Under the pieces are notes generated by a model. That model was not told the origin of the DNA, did not search any database, and saw only the letters and a program-made list of their open reading frames with translations. This document shows, one piece after another, positions 1 to 14,335 of a stretch of DNA of 64,000 nt. How positions within the stretch are numbered: position 1 is the stretch's first letter; the number at the start of each line of letters is the position of its first letter. The position numbers and the translations under genes are program-made. This DNA comes from Camelus dromedarius (Eukaryota). Where the stretch lies: positions 31,746,001 to 31,810,000 of the forward strand of contig NC_087437.1 in assembly GCF_036321535.1 (NCBI RefSeq), read 5' to 3'.

Positions 1-3000
1 ATTCTCTTAAATGACTAAATACCCCAAATCTGATGCCTGCGTAATGCTATCCAGCAAGCAGCTGGCTTCATATGAAGAGAGGCTAAGAGCTCCTTTTTGT
101 CTTGTTCATTTAAAATCATTTCTTCTTATTTAATATCTGCAAAGAACGCAGTCACATTATAGTAGAATTTGCTGTTGTAAATTCTGGATTGTTTCCACGG
201 GTTCCGCTTTACATCTGCATGGTGTTTAAAGCCAATGCTTCCTTTCTTTTTGTAGGCATTCAGGGCCTTTTGCCTCATAATCCAATGTCATGCTGAATGA
301 CAGAAAATTGAAGTTGAATTTATTTAACTATAGAGAAGGACTGCACAGAACAATACACTTATTTAAGAACTCCTTGCCTCAGGAACTGAAGGAGCTGTCT
401 TGTGCAGGTGGCTTAATCTCTCTGCTGCTTTTCCTAACTATGTGCCTTTATTTATTAAGGACAGGAACTGGCCACTCCGCTCCAAGAAACAAAAGGACCC
501 TACTTGTCCTTCAGAACCAATAGTAAACCAATAGGATGCTTATGCCTCATTCAGAACAGCAAAGATATGTCCTGTGTATATTCAAAATAATTCTTAGCAC
601 TTCTTGATTAGAGAAAATACAACTAAAAGTTTTTTAAAAGCTATGAAAATATATTAGCCAACTCCTAATTAAACAGTCCAATGGTGGACTGTTTACATTA
701 TGGTTTATTCACAATGAATCTTTTTTTCTCGATTCTATGTGGTATCTTCTCTCTTTAAGTAAAATGATTTATTTGTTGACATTACTTATATTTTCTGTTT
801 CTGTTTACTTCACATGACAGCCTCTAGGGGTTTCTGTGTTTTAAAGTAAAACATTTATTTGCTTTCCCTATTTTTACTCAGAGATGCTGTAAATACATAG
901 TGAATAATCTGAAGGAAGTGGCTTCCCTACTCATTGGATACTGTGATTTAAAGACTATAGTATCCATGTTTATCTTGAAATAGGGAGAAAGGGAAGTTTA
1001 GGTGGGTAGGTAGGGAGAATAATACCGAAAGTATAATAGCTTTTCCTTTCTTGAGTTGGATCATAATTGTGTAGTTTATTTTCCTTTAAATCTAATAAGT
1101 TCTGTGACTGTGATGCATAAGTATATTCAGATATGATACTAAGACTACTTCACAATGCTGTAAAAATGGGTTTGAATTAGCTGCCATTTTACTGTATACT
1201 GTTCTACCAATGATCAGGTAATTGAGAATTAATTGCATAAAATTCACATATCAATTACCAATTTTTGGAGTTTTTTTTAAGATAATCAATTTTTCCTCTT
1301 AACAATAGCTGTATTTAGAAGTTATTACATAGACTTTATCACATGGGCTCAGATCTATGCTTTGTCTAGTTTAAGATTATATCCTGATGAAAGCACCAAG
1401 GGATATTTAATAGGAAGGCATAATTGTTCTCTCTGATGTCAGTTTTATAAAGTCAGTCACAGTGATACCCATACTTGTCTTAATATCTTTCATTAATTAT
1501 AATATATTAATTTTAAAATTTTCAAAAATTAAAATCTAAACCACCTCTTGGAGTTAGACACTACACTAATTTACTACATATTTTATGTAGTAGTAAATAA
1601 TACTTTTCATTTGTTGTAAATATACATCTTTAAAGATTCTGGGATATGCTAGTCACATCTATAGCTGCACTAACCACACTTCCATGGATAAATATCATAT
1701 CTCCTTGTAGCTTTCATATTTTGACAGTCAGCGTAAGAAAGTTAGAAAGGTGAAGACTTTGGGGTAAGGCCAGCTTGAGTTTGAATCGCGAGATCACTTT
1801 TAACTAGCTCTGTGATCTTTGACAAGTTAGTTAATTACTCTAATCCTTAGAGTCATCTGGTAAAAATAAAATATGTACCTGTTTTTCATGATAGCTGTGA
1901 CTATAAATTAAACAATATAGGAGAAAGCACTCTGCAGTTTCTGGAATAGTACACCATCAACAAACAACTTCTTTCCCTCCTTATTCATCAGAGAATAGGA
2001 AGAAATGTTTTAGCTGTGCCTGTGTGATTAGAACTGCCTGCAAGCCCACATGTACTTAATAACAAAGCAACACATTCATTAGAGACTGCCTTGTGTCAGA
2101 AGGTTACACTCAAAACTAAATTCTCCGTGTGTACGTTATTTTGTCTTTTCTCTCATATAATGATATCACTATTTGATAAGTGGAAAAGATATACTGCACA
2201 TATATTACCTATAAGGTAAGTCTATATTGAATTACGTATTTATTTAAGGGGTCATTTTCTCAGTTTGATCCCCTCACCCGAGTTTAAAATCTTGTCAGCT
2301 TGGCTGCCGACTAATGCATTTACTAACTGTAAGATATTAGGCAAGAGAATCAGAGAATATCTCATTTTTACTCATCTGAAAAACAGGGCTATTCACACTT
2401 ACATGGAAGTTTGAGGGACAACATTAAATAGTATATGTGGATGTGCTATATTTATGCCAATATTTAGTAAAGTCTAGTTAAAACATTTGCTTAGAGGGAA
2501 TTTATTTTCTGATTTAAGGAACTGCCTCATCATCATAAAACAAAGTTAAGAGGACAGATAGAAGATACATATAGAAAGTCTATATGTTCATACAGATGCA
2601 TAAAGATTTTAAAGTTTCCTATTAAAATGTTATTAAAACAGCTGAACAGATGTAGCATGGAAATTTTTTAAATTTCAGTGTTTTAAATTGTTTTCTTCAT
2701 AGAAATCAGTTAGTCCACCTGTGTCAGTTTGTTTTCCACCTTATTCCCAAAAAGAGTACCAACAGGGCTGTTACTGGGGCTGGGGTTCGGATGCTAGTCC
2801 ACACAGACAGACTAGTGACAGGACTCAGGTCGTTCAAGCAATTTGTTCTTTTTGCTCTAGTTTCAGTTCTGCCTCCACACACATTAGACGTGGCTACTTG
2901 AATAGTCTTCCTCAAACACTGCTTGAATTCCCCAGTTCAACACTCTAGGAAGCCAATTTCCTGCTTATATTTTCTTGGCTTTGAAAGTCATTAAAATGCC

Positions 3001-3474
3001 TGGTAGGTACTACCCAGAGTTAGCAGATTCTTTAGCGGAAGCCTTGCACATGGTCTGTCTATTTCAGTTCTATACCAGAAGCCTCAGCAGTACTTCTCAG
3101 TTCCAGGCCACAAGAACCAGCTCAGGCAGTCAAGTGTTTCAGAAGTGAGCCACGTGATCAAAAAATCCATGTGTGTGCCAGCAACATAAATTTCCTTCAA
3201 AAAAATTAGTAAAATTTAACCCATTAGCTGTTTGAAAATTAGCATGATGTTGGGGGCAGAAAGAGGCCAATAAATTGAGTCTGTCAAAACCCGTTAATTC
3301 TGTGGAGTTTCAGAGTAAGGATGAGTTGCATATGGTCATCCAAGCAAAGTAGAATAAACAGCTGTATTATTCTTCAGGAGCTGAGTGGCAGCTCTAAAAG
3401 AATTCTGTTTACTCTATGAAAATATCTGGACACCTAAAATGTACTAATCAGATGAATACATTATGTCATTCCAG

Positions 3475-3556
3475 ATTTACAGTGTCAAGTAGAAGCACTT
3501 GGGCTAAAACTTCAGAAGGCAGTGACTGAGATGGACAACTATAAAGAAAAGCTCAT
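3475..3556 (+). CDS. LEKR1: LEKR1 internal coding exon (82 nt, phase 1->2): (D)LQCQVEALGLKLQKAVTEMDNYKEKL(M)
   Basis: Acceptor tcattccag|AT and donor CAT|gtaaga. The translation matches my recollection of human LEKR1 (DLQCLVEALGLKLQKAVTEMDNYKEMLM). It joins the next exon in frame. Confidence 0.92.
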
Positions 3557-3711
3557 GTAAGATGGTGAATATTAAACAACCCGTAAGAGTTTAGAAAGAC
3601 CCCGACGTGTTCTCTGTGACTCTACTGCTGTTTTTCTCAGCTATTTTTCTGGCCTAGATTGTATATTGAAGGACCTGTAAAAATTTTTAAATATGTGAAA
3701 TTTTTAAAATT

Positions 3712-3755
3712 TTTCTTTATCTCAGTAAGAAATGTTTCTTTATCTCAGTAAGAAA
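3712..3755. repeat. Exact 21-bp direct duplication tttctttatctcagtaagaaa (period 23)
   Basis: Copies at 3712-3732 and 3735-3755. Confidence 0.92.
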
Positions 3756-5842
3756 CTTAACCTATTCAGAGACCAGAATTTTCCCTGGTTGTTGAAATAT
3801 AGTAACTTCATATTCTCTGAACTTGTTCTCTTATCGGCTCTTTATTATCTGTCCAGAAGAAATAATATTGAAGTTATTTCTTAAAATTGTCAATTTTAGG
3901 TTAAAAAGGACAGTTGAGTATCTTTGAAATGCTAGAGTATTTATTCTTCATATACGTGAGAAAGAAAATATTGGAAAACAAATGATAAGAAAATGCCCTT
4001 GTAAAATATCCAGAACACTATTTCTTTTAAGAATGATTTTATTTCAGAAATTTCAAAAATTGTAGTATAAATATAGTACATCTGTACTTATAACACTAAA
4101 ATAGAATTTGTGTAATCTTTGAAAAGTAAGTAAATTCTTTTCCTTTGTGGTATATAATCCGGTAGCTTTGATTTTCAGTTCCTATATTTTAGAAGGATGA
4201 ACCACATAAGAAATATAAATATTTAGAATGCTTAGCAACCAAATTTTGAGTTGACCATGGACTACTCCTAAGAACAATATGTTCATCAAAATTTTTAACT
4301 ACACAAGAAAGAACAAATTCCAAAAATATTCTGTCAAATTAATGTATACTTTGATTTGTAGCAAAATAATTTATTTTTGAAAGCCAAGAAAAACCAAATG
4401 TTAATGCTTTATAACACTGTGGTCAATAGTACAGTAAATAATAGTTCAACTGTGTATGATGGTTGGGGTTGAAGGAATGAGTGGACAAGGGGTCCTAGGA
4501 TGACTCACAGGCCCAGCAAGCAACTTTCTTGATGAGAAGAAACATGAAAAAGAAAAGCAAGATGGGGATTGCCAGAAAAAAAGCATTAGGCCCCACCCTC
4601 TAGTTACATCAGGGAGGTCTTTGGCCACATGGATATCTCATGTGGAGGGCCGCCTGGGCAGGGTACAGTTACTGTGTGACTTTGGCTTCATGGAGCTCAA
4701 GAAGTGAAGAGGACACAGCCCAAGCATAGGGAGGTAGGGCTGGTACCCAGCTAAGCTAAAAGGGAGTTTGTAGACATACTAAGACTCAGCATATAGAGTG
4801 GAGTCCTGGCATATTAGGAGAGATGCTAACCACAGAAATAAACATACTGAGGAAAAGGAGTAAAGCTCATTGGGTGTGATGTAAATTGAGTATTACTGAA
4901 TAAGTTTGCACAGAATTCTCATGTACCAGGAGCCTGCTCATTTCATATTAACACATGCTTTGTGGTATTTTTTGTTGATTATATTTTTAACATAATTTAT
5001 GAGTGCTGAGAAATGGTAAGAGTCAGAGTAGACTGGAGTTCGAGGGAGAAATATACCACCTCACTGAAGTCTATCAAATGAATTACCTGGGGAAAATCAC
5101 TCTACAGTTGCAGAAATGCTGATGCTGTTGTTTCAGTTTATAAAATTGGTACTTCCTACCTGTATGAGAACTTCTTAAAATTAGAAAATGGACAGAGTAT
5201 CCACTTTTACAAAATTTGAGTTATGAAAGAAAGAGCCACTTAAATGGTCCCCACTGCTTGAGGCCTTTCTCTGTGCTACCTGTACCTATCTCTTCCATCT
5301 CTACTCCGTCTACCTTCCTTCACTGCTAACATGAAGTTAAGTAGGGTAGGCATTTATGGTCAGAGCCCGAGTGGGATTATTCAGGGTATTCAGAGCTCAG
5401 GAGGTCCCCAGTAGTATACACCTACTATTTTATTATAGGTTAAAACCAAATTCTTAAGTGGGCCATTTTGAAGTCAAAATAACTCACTGAAAAAATTTTT
5501 GACATACAATTTCTTAGTAAATTGGAGATTTATTATACATACCCAAACCTTTTTTTACTTCCAGAAATTGGAAGGTGCTATGAAACCAAGTTTCTTTAAA
5601 TTTTTAATCCTCATCCTTGTTGGGGCTGGGGGTAGAAATGAGTTTTGCCTATCCAACTTAAGATAATTGTTTTGTTTAAAGATTTTTAAATGTCTAGATA
5701 TAAATTTTGTGGGTTTTTACTTAAGGGGAAGAGGCAATTTTTAAATGGATGAACTTGAGTTTCTTTTTTTCCCAATATTTGTAAGAAAATATTTTCCAAG
5801 ATTTATAAGAAATTTGCTATGTATTTGAGAGTAGACATTTTA

Positions 5843-6260
5843 TCAGTTAGGATGCTTTAAGGTATAAGTAACAGAAGTTGAGTGGTTTCAGGTTTAGTCA
5901 ATCCAGCAAGTCAATAACGTTACCAAGGATCTTGATGTTCTTTCTGTCTCCATTCTGCTGCCCTCAGCACTGGCTTCACCCCAAGGCTAAGTCCCTTGTG
6001 ATCATGAGGTGGCTGCAGTTCCAGGTACTACATCTGCATGTAACCATCCCAGAGGCAGGAAGTGCCTGTTTTTCTGGTGTCTCTTTAGAAGTGAAATAAA
6101 ATTTCCCAGAAGCCACGAAACAGCCCCCTCCTTACATCTCTTTGGCTAGAACCGTTACACACCTCTCCTAAATGAATTACTGGCCAGGGGGACAGGACTA
6201 CCACATTTAGCTCACGCCAAGCAGGATTTATTCTGATAAAGACGATAATGAGGGCTAGGA
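5843..6260 (-). mobile_element. Ancient MLT1-type LTR
   Basis: tcagttaggatgcttt...gtaacagaa start and cttacatctctttggctagaac motif. Confidence 0.6.
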
Positions 6261-6433
6261 AGAAAGCTATAGTGCATATCTAGAAGGTAACCAGTCGTGT
6301 TTGCTAAAGAGGAAGCATGTAAATGATGCCCTGAAAAGTGATGACATTTTCTACAAATTGTATTTGTGTCATAATATGGATGCTGTAAGTAATGAAAAAT
6401 ATGGATGCTGTGAAATGCAGCTTTATTACTTTT

Positions 6434-6435
<2 letters not shown>

Positions 6436-6467
<32 letters not shown>

Positions 6468-6488
6468 GTTAGGAAATATACTTTTATA

Positions 6489-6528
<40 letters not shown>
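6436..6528. repeat. (GT)15 and (AC)16 microsatellites in inverted arrangement
   Basis: GT run at 6436-6465 and AC run at 6497-6528. Confidence 0.97.
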
Positions 6529-6532
<4 letters not shown>

Positions 6533-6722
6533 TAAATAAGACTAACAAGAGAGATTGCTATAGAAGGTAAAAAACTTTTAGAAATTCCTGAAAGAGAATA
6601 CATAGAGTCAACTCTACAAAGGAATAAACCAATTACAATTATGCGGTGGGCATGTGACAGGCAGGACCTCTCTTGGAATCGTTAACAAAGAGAAGGGAGT
6701 GGGATCTGGCAAACCTTCAAAA

Positions 6723-6957
6723 CAGTGGTTCTCAAACTCCAGTCTGCAGAGGAATCTTGAGGAGCTCATTGAAACTTATATTATGCTATGACCTCCCCCA
6801 TAGACCCAATCCCAGGATCAGTTTCTGGGCTCCATTCCCACAGATATTGTGATTTTACATTTGGGTTGAGGTGGGTCCGAGTAATCTGCATTTTTAATGC
6901 ACTCCTCACATGATTCTGATTCAAGTGGTCCAGTGCAGTCCACTGTGAGGAATCATA
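6723..6957. mobile_element. MER5-like hAT-Charlie MITE
   Basis: cagtggttctcaaact terminus and aatctgcatttttaa...tgattctgat motifs. Confidence 0.7.
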
Positions 6958-8126
6958 TTTGCAACATTTAAGCCACTGGCCCCTCACCACCCCCTGCCCC
7001 ACCAATCAACAGGTCTTTTCTAAAGCAGCATTCGCAAGGCATCTGCAGAATAAAGCAGTGCATGTGGGGACTGGAGCTAGGGAGCCTGGCAGCTACTGAA
7101 CCCCAGGAGAGGCCAGGGTCCCTACATCCCAGCAAACCTCCAGTGTCCCCACCATACCCTGCCCCTTCATCACAACCTTCAGAAACAATCTAGGGCAACA
7201 ATAAATGGAAAAGCAGACATGTTAACAGAGAATCTTAGGCTGAGGATGAACACCCAACCAAAGATTGCCAGGTATGTGAGAAAAACCTTCCCCCAACCTT
7301 ACTTACTTCAGGTGGCTTGGAACTCACACAGGAAAACACCCAAGAAAATTAAAAATAGCAAACAGAAGATATCAAGATAAATTTTGAAAGTTAAGATATC
7401 CTTCAAAGTATGTCTAGGATTGTAACCTTAAAGAACAGGCTGTTACAAAAAAACTATTAGGAATTTGAGAGACTAAAAATATGATTAGAAAAATGATTCC
7501 ATTCATGTCAAAAATGTATCTGAATGTATACACAGGTATATATAGATTCAAATTCATTGAATAAATGATTGGTAGGATTACACCAGTTTCCTCTGGACAT
7601 GAGAGTCGGGGGGGTGGGTGTGGAGACTCTTATTTCACTCTGTATACCTATATATTGCTTAACTAGCTTACAGTGTGAGTGTATTCATTTTCACATATGT
7701 AATGACAAGAACAAAATTCACTTAAAGTAATTTATAATTTATCAGTTACTAGTGAATACATCTGAAGTGGCTATATAAAATATACTTTCTAATTTGGGGA
7801 CCTTTGTAACCTACTTACACTTTAGTTTTATTAGCAGCCACCTCTTCCTCATTTAACTAATAATTGTAAGCAATAATCAGCTATGACCATCATAAACTTC
7901 TAATTTATAAAGCTCTTACTTGACCTTTCAGGAGCATTTTACACAGTTGAGATGTCCTTGGAACATTATTATTGCCTTCTGAGATACAATGTTCTGATTT
8001 TCCTCTTTCCTCTCTGGTCATTCATGAGAATTTTTTGCCTAGCAAGTAGGTGGCCTAGTGGCAATCCAGTGTCAGAGTACAGATCCACTTTTTATGTGAT
8101 CCTAGATTTAACAGGCTAAGTTTCCT

Positions 8127-9485
8127 TCATTCACTCATTCAATACAAAATACTCATTGAGAGGCAATCTATGTGCCATGACTTGTGTACAGGCACTAGAT
8201 ATTGCAGTAACAAGATTGACCGCTACAGTAGAGCTGTTTAGGTAATTTCAGGTAATATTAAGTGCTGCAAAAATATAAAACAGGCATAAAAGAATGTGAA
8301 TGATAGGCAGGAGTGGTATATTTTTGATTGAGTGGCATCCCTGAGCAAATGGCCTTAGAGTTAAGATCCAAGTAACAGAAAGGCGCTAACAGTGTTAATA
8401 AGCTAACATCTGGAAGCAGAGGGATCAAGGATAGGCCCTAAATTCTTGAGAGTGAGTTTTACAGGTTAGAGAAACATGAAGGCCAGTTGTGGTAGACAGA
8501 ATAATGACTCCCAAAGATTTTTATGTCCTGATCCCTGAAATCTGTGTGTGCATTGCCCCATTTGGCAAAAGGGACTTTGCACATGTGATTAAATTAAGGA
8601 TTTAGAGATGGGGAGATTATCCTGGATTATTCAGGCAGGCCCAGTAAAATTGCAAAGGTTCTTGTAAGGTGAAAGCATGAGGGTCAGAGTCACAAAAGTA
8701 GGTGTGAGGAGGGAAACGGGGGTTGAAGTGTTGTGATTTGAAGATGGAGGAAGGGACCACAATCCAAGGAATGCAGGTGGTCTCTAGAAGCTGGAAAAGG
8801 CAAGGAAACAGCTTCTCTGGAGCTGCCAGGAGGAATACAGCCCTAGTGACGTCAGAGTTTTGGGCAGGAGAGTGAACTGATCTGGTTTGTTTAAAAAGGT
8901 CAGTATGGCTACTACATGGAGAATGCAATGAAATGGGAATAGAGAGTGATCAGGGAGGCTCAGTGGGAGATTGCATTCATCCAAGTGAAAACTGACTGAT
9001 TTAGTGTAAGGCTACAGTGTGGAGATGGAAAGGAATATATGCTGGGGGTCAATCTGACAGGATTTACTGATGGAGTGGATGTGGCTGGAGAGGAGGAAGA
9101 CTGGAAAAGAAAGAAAATAATAAAGGATGGGGTTTGGGACTTTTCCACACCAATGTAGATGGTTGAGAGGCAGTAGTGTATGGTGACTAACAGCTAGAAG
9201 CCAGATCCAGACGGCCAGGGTTCAAATCTTAGCAGTACTACTTAGCGTGTTACTTATCTCTCTGTTCTCAGTTTCCTCAACTGTAACAAAGGCTGAATAA
9301 GGGCTGTTTTGAGGGCAGTGTGAGATGTACAAGGTGTTACCTATTAGTATCATTATGTGTTGGTGCCATTTACTGAAGTGGAAATTCTGTAAAAGAAACA
9401 GATATGAGGGAAATAAAAAACAACGCTTTTGATCTGTTAGATTTGGGATGCCTTTTGGACAGCAAAGAAGGCAGTTTGAGAATGG
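8127..9485 (-). mobile_element. L2 remnant interrupted by an MLT1D-like LTR and a MIR (~9167-9355)
   Basis: Reverse-complement L2 3' end tcattcactcattcaa...ctatgtgcca and a purine-rich L2-type body. Confidence 0.7.
8488..8865 (+). mobile_element. MLT1D-like MaLR LTR inserted in an L2
   Basis: tgtggtagacagaataatg...ggcaaaagggactttgca...gattatcctggattat...ctagaagctggaaaaggcaaggaaac. Confidence 0.85.
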
Positions 9486-10343
9486 CTATTTCATACAAAG
9501 GAATGGAACGGTACAACCCTTGCCTTTCAAATTAGAGGAAAATATCCAATTACTTTATCTTATTTCCTTTGCTTTGATTGGCAGAAGCAGCAGGGGCCTT
9601 TCTGAAGGCTTATTCAAAGCAGTTCAAGAGAAAGGATTAACACTGTTTGCTGAGAGTAAAAGAAGGAATGCAGTGTTTAAAGAGATGTAGGCATTCTTTC
9701 TGTTCCTTCCAATTCACCCCATCCTAATGAAAGTGAAGATCACAATTGGGCAGTGAAGGGCCGATCATAGAAAAGGTGGCTTAACAGGCATGGGGGTGTG
9801 AGCTGACCATGGTGAGGGGAGCTCTCGGGATGGTAGACTCTAGGGCTTTTTCTTTTTTTTCTTTAATTGCAGCCAAAATTACTTGTCCACATGGTCAAAT
9901 AGCCACTTAAAGGAGTTCTCCTGTCCCTGCCTCTAGATTTGGAAAAGTGTGTTAGAGTCTGAACATAGAGTGAAAGTTGTGGTTGGGGCTGCTGAATCTC
10001 AAAGCATTTCTAAAAGGAACATTTTTGTTTGATTTCAATACAAATGTATAAAACTTGGGAACTACAAGAATACACAAAACAGAACATTATATTTATATTT
10101 CAGCATATCCTTATACTCCCTTTTTCTGAGTAATGCATATTTTAAACATTTTCACTTAGTAACATATCCTGGATATTTTCCCATGCCATTACATGATATA
10201 TTTATAGTTATTAAATGACTATGTAGTAGTCAAATCTGTGGATGAACCATAACGTATTGACTAACCCCTTGTATTTTAAAATGTCCAAATTTTTCTCTTT
10301 TATAAGTAAGGTACTCTGAAAATTCATATAGATAAATCTTTCT

Positions 10344-10459
10344 CTTTTTTTCCCATTTATTTATGTATTTATTTTAGTTTTATTTTATTGATTTATAGTC
10401 AGTTTACAATGTTGTGTCAATTTCCAGTATAAAGCACAATTTTTTCAGTCATACATGAG
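10344..10459 (-). mobile_element. Very short 3' end of the lineage-specific L1
   Basis: Matches the reverse complement of the young L1 3'UTR (tttacaatgttgtgtcaatttccag). 15-bp TSD tagataaatc[t/c]ttct at 10329-10343 and 10460-10474. Confidence 0.85.
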
Positions 10460-10784
10460 TAGATAAATCCTTCTATTCTCACACAGTTATTTCCTTAGGA
10501 TAATTTTTGCTAGAATGAAACGCGTATTTTTAAGGCTTTTAAAGGGTAATGACTCATTACCCTCCAATAAGATTATACTGATTTATAATCTTAGCAGCGT
10601 TTGTAAATACCCATTTCTCCGCTTTCTAACTTATACTGGGTATTATAACTAAAAAAAAATTGTTCCTTTAATTAATGAAAAATTGTACCCCTGCATATTT
10701 GGCTCTTTCCTTTGTGACTCACCTGAGCACAACCTTTGCCCACTTTTCTAACGGCATGTTACTCTTTTCCTTATTCTTTCTTTT

Positions 10785-12040
10785 CTAATATTTTATTTGG
10801 AAATAATTTCAAACTTACAAAAAGTTGTAAACATCATGATAGCACAAAGAGCACCCTTGTAGTCTCTACCCACACTCACCTATTATTAACATTTAACCCA
10901 TTTGTTTTCTCTTCACCCCAACCGCTGTCCCTCCATCCCTTTTTTTCTCTCTTCCCCCAAAACCCACACACAATTTTTTTCCTGCACCATTTGAGGATAA
11001 GTTACATACAACATGATCTTTTACTTCTAAATACTTCAGCCTGTCTTTCCTCAGGACAGTGATACTTTGCATAACCAGCGGAGTAATCAATGTCATTGAC
11101 TTTAATCTGCCATTCGTATTCTGACTTTGTCAATGGGCCTTTATAGCACTTTCTTCTCTAGCACACAGTCCAGGTAGTGTCAGCCTTCTTGGTATGTCTC
11201 TTTAGCCTCCTTAAACCTGAAATATTTCTAGTCTGTCTTTGTCTTTTTAAGACATAGACATTTTTGAAGAATGCAGAATCCTGCATACTTTTTTAAAATT
11301 AAAACCAATTTTTATTTTGTATTTTTCTGATGTTTCCTCTTGATTGGATTAAGGATATGTGCTCTCAGCCGGACAACCACATAGGTGAGGACGTGCACGT
11401 CTCAGAGCATCACACCTGGAGGCACATGACCATTTGCCCCATTGGTGATGTTAATTTTAGTCACTTGGTCAAGGTATTGCTTAATTTTTCCACTGTATTA
11501 TTATGAGGGTTTTTGCTCCCTTTCAACTAGTAAACAGTCTATAAGAGACATTTTAAATACATGCAAATGCTCTACTTTTCATCAATATTTACCCCTAGAT
11601 GTAACATCCATTAATGATTTTTGGCTTATCCAGTCTTTATCACAGTCATCACTAGATAATGATTTTTCCAACTCCCTCCCCATGTATCAGTGAGCCCTCA
11701 GCATTCTACTTTAAGTAAGGGCTTCCCTTCTTCTGTTATTGATTTATTTATTATTGGTATGGACTCATGAACCCCTATTTTCGATAGTTTACAATTTATC
11801 ACTGTACTTATTATTTAGGTACACAGACTGTCCTAAGGTTAGCCAGTGGGGGCCCCTTCAGGCTGGCTCTTGTGACACTGGACCAAGATCCCATTGTCTT
11901 TTATAAGCACTTTCTGGTATAACGAGCTGTTTCAGATATGCCTACTCAGCCCCAACCTTGGAATCAGCTATTTCTCTGAGCAGTCCTGGTTCCTCTGAAT
12001 GGGAATAGTATTAAAGACCAATATCTAGGCCCTAAGTATT
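10785..12040 (-). mobile_element. L1MC-type 3'UTR remnant
   Basis: ttttatttggaaataatttcaaacttacaaaaagttg and ttggaatcagctatttctctgag...ggttcct motifs. Confidence 0.7.
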
Positions 12041-13916
12041 AATTCATGTGTGACTTGATTCTGGTAATGGTTTCATGGGCTTATATACATGTCAAATTTG
12101 TCAAACTGTATGTAATTTATTGTATGTCAGTACAATACCTAAATGAAGCTATTTTACAAAAAGTGGATAATAAAGGAAAACATTTTTTACAAAAGAAAAA
12201 GTAAAACTAAAATACAGTGTTAAAGGATAAAACTTGGGCAATAAAACTCCAAAGAAAATCAAAGTGATTACCATAAAATTCATGGGAATTGTCATTTTAG
12301 GGAGGGCTATGACTAGGACCAGGGGCATGAAGCTCCTAGGCTAGCTGGTAGATACAAGGGTTTTCTCCTTAAAATAATTCATTATATAATTGTTTATGCA
12401 ATTTTTTGTAGCTTACAGTTTTATATTTCACAATAAAAGGTTTAAAAGTAAATGAATGTTGTGCATGTTCATGATATAAATAAATTATTGTTTATTAGGA
12501 ATTAAAGTCATTCTGCAGGTAGGGCAACCCTATTAATAATCTAACGTATCTTCGTACATTTATAAACTTGTTATTAAAATAGCTTATAAAGCTATTTTAA
12601 GGTACATTCAGATAATGAACTATTAATGAGCAGTCTATACAAACTTAAACTGGAATATTAATCTTTTTTGATATCTTACCTTTTTGAATATTGTTATGAC
12701 TCAATCATATAAGATCAAAATGAATGTTTATTTCAGTTTTAGAATTTCCATTTTGTTCTTTTTAATGGATTCTATTTCTCTGCTGAGATTCATTATCCTT
12801 TCACTAATTAGAGTAGATTTTCCTGTATGTTTTTGAGCAAAGTTATAATTGTGCCTTCAAAAATCCTTGTCTGCTAATTTCAATCTGGGGCATCTCAGAG
12901 TCAGTCCCTATTAATTGTCTTTTCTCTTGAGAATAAGCCATGCTTTTCTGTGTCTTCCATGTGGAATAATTTTTATCATATTCTGGACATTGTGAATGTT
13001 ATGTTATGGAAATTCTGGATTCTATTTCTCCAAATACTATAGTTGGTGGTAGGAGTGGTGTTACTTTAATAGTAAGCAGGTAATAAATTTGGTCAGCCTC
13101 AAACTGCAAACTGTCTCTAGGGCAAATCTCAGTTCAGTTCTTTTATTCTTAACTGGGCTGCTTGGAGTCTGCCTGGGACACATGTAGTTCAGGGCTCAGC
13201 CAGACATGTGGACAGAGTTTATATGCAGTATTTGGGACTCCTTCTCTCTGGCTTGCTCCTGTTCAGGGTTCACTCTTCACTTTCCAGCAGTAGTGATTGT
13301 CTGTAAACACTGTCCTGTAGTTCTTCAAGCTAGAACAACCGTGAGTTTTCTACCAGTTTTCTATCAGAATTTTGGTTTTCCTGCATGGAAATTGCAGATT
13401 GGGGCCTGCCTTCAAGTTTAAAAATCATTAAAACAAAAACAAAAACAAAAACAAAACACCTGACCCCATGGCTGCCACTTTTAAGTGTCAGCTTCCCTCC
13501 AGAATCTTCCTGCTTTTGGTCACTTTCACATAGGTGTTCTTCTTTTCTTTTCTTTCCTTTTTTAATGTTATCTAAAGCTTACATCGGTCTGATAGAAGGT
13601 TACTTGGCCATTATGGAAGTGAACTAAATATTGATTTCTTTAAAGAATTAATAAAATGAAGATGCTAAGAAATTTTTTATGGCTGAATAAAATGATGATA
13701 TAGAAAAACACATAGAGTTGGACAAACAGTTTAGGTTATTTTTTGGCAAACAAAAACCCTTTGACTATATATTTCTAATTTCATGGAAATCTGTATATGT
13801 AACCACAAATAGAATATGAAGATAAGAAAAATAATAAAGGAAAAACATGTTTTTAAAAAAGAAAGAAGATTCATTAACTATTTTGAAACATTTGAACCTC
13901 TTTTGTATTATTTTAG

Positions 13917-13994
13917 GAATAAATCTAATGAAGCTGATGAGTGTCAAAGAGAACTTAGAAAACTGAAGTTTGAATCCATTATTTCTGAGTCACG
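13917..13994 (+). CDS. LEKR1: LEKR1 internal coding exon (78 nt, phase 2->2): NKSNEADECQRELRKLKFESIISES(R)
   Basis: Acceptor tattttag|G and donor ACG|gtatac. It lies within ORF 13816..14055 and is frame-consistent with both flanking exons. Confidence 0.93.
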
Positions 13995-14335
13995 GTATAC
14001 ACTGCAAATTTTTTATTTAATATTTTTAGTAATTGAATTTGAAACCACATTTTAAATAACATTTTCTTTAAAACGTACTTATCTTTTCGTATTGTATTCT
14101 TTATATATACAATACCTAATTTGATATTGTAATATATTGAAGCTGTTCATTGATTTTGCCCCTGCCTAGATATGAAAACTTTAAAACCACAGAACTGTCC
14201 ATTTATTTTGCATTCTTAATTTTTTAAGTTAGAGTTAAAATCTTTAGTTAAGTGAAATGTTTATATATCTTTAATAAACATAAAAATATAGTGTTCAATG
14301 CATATTGGTGGATTTTTTTTCTTATTCCATTTTAG

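Noticed and set aside
1..1700. Repeat-poor stretch (also ~22100-22950 and ~41350-42450) as possible conserved regulatory DNA
   Set aside because: Absence of repeats I can recognise is not evidence of function. It would need a phastCons or multi-species alignment, which I cannot run.
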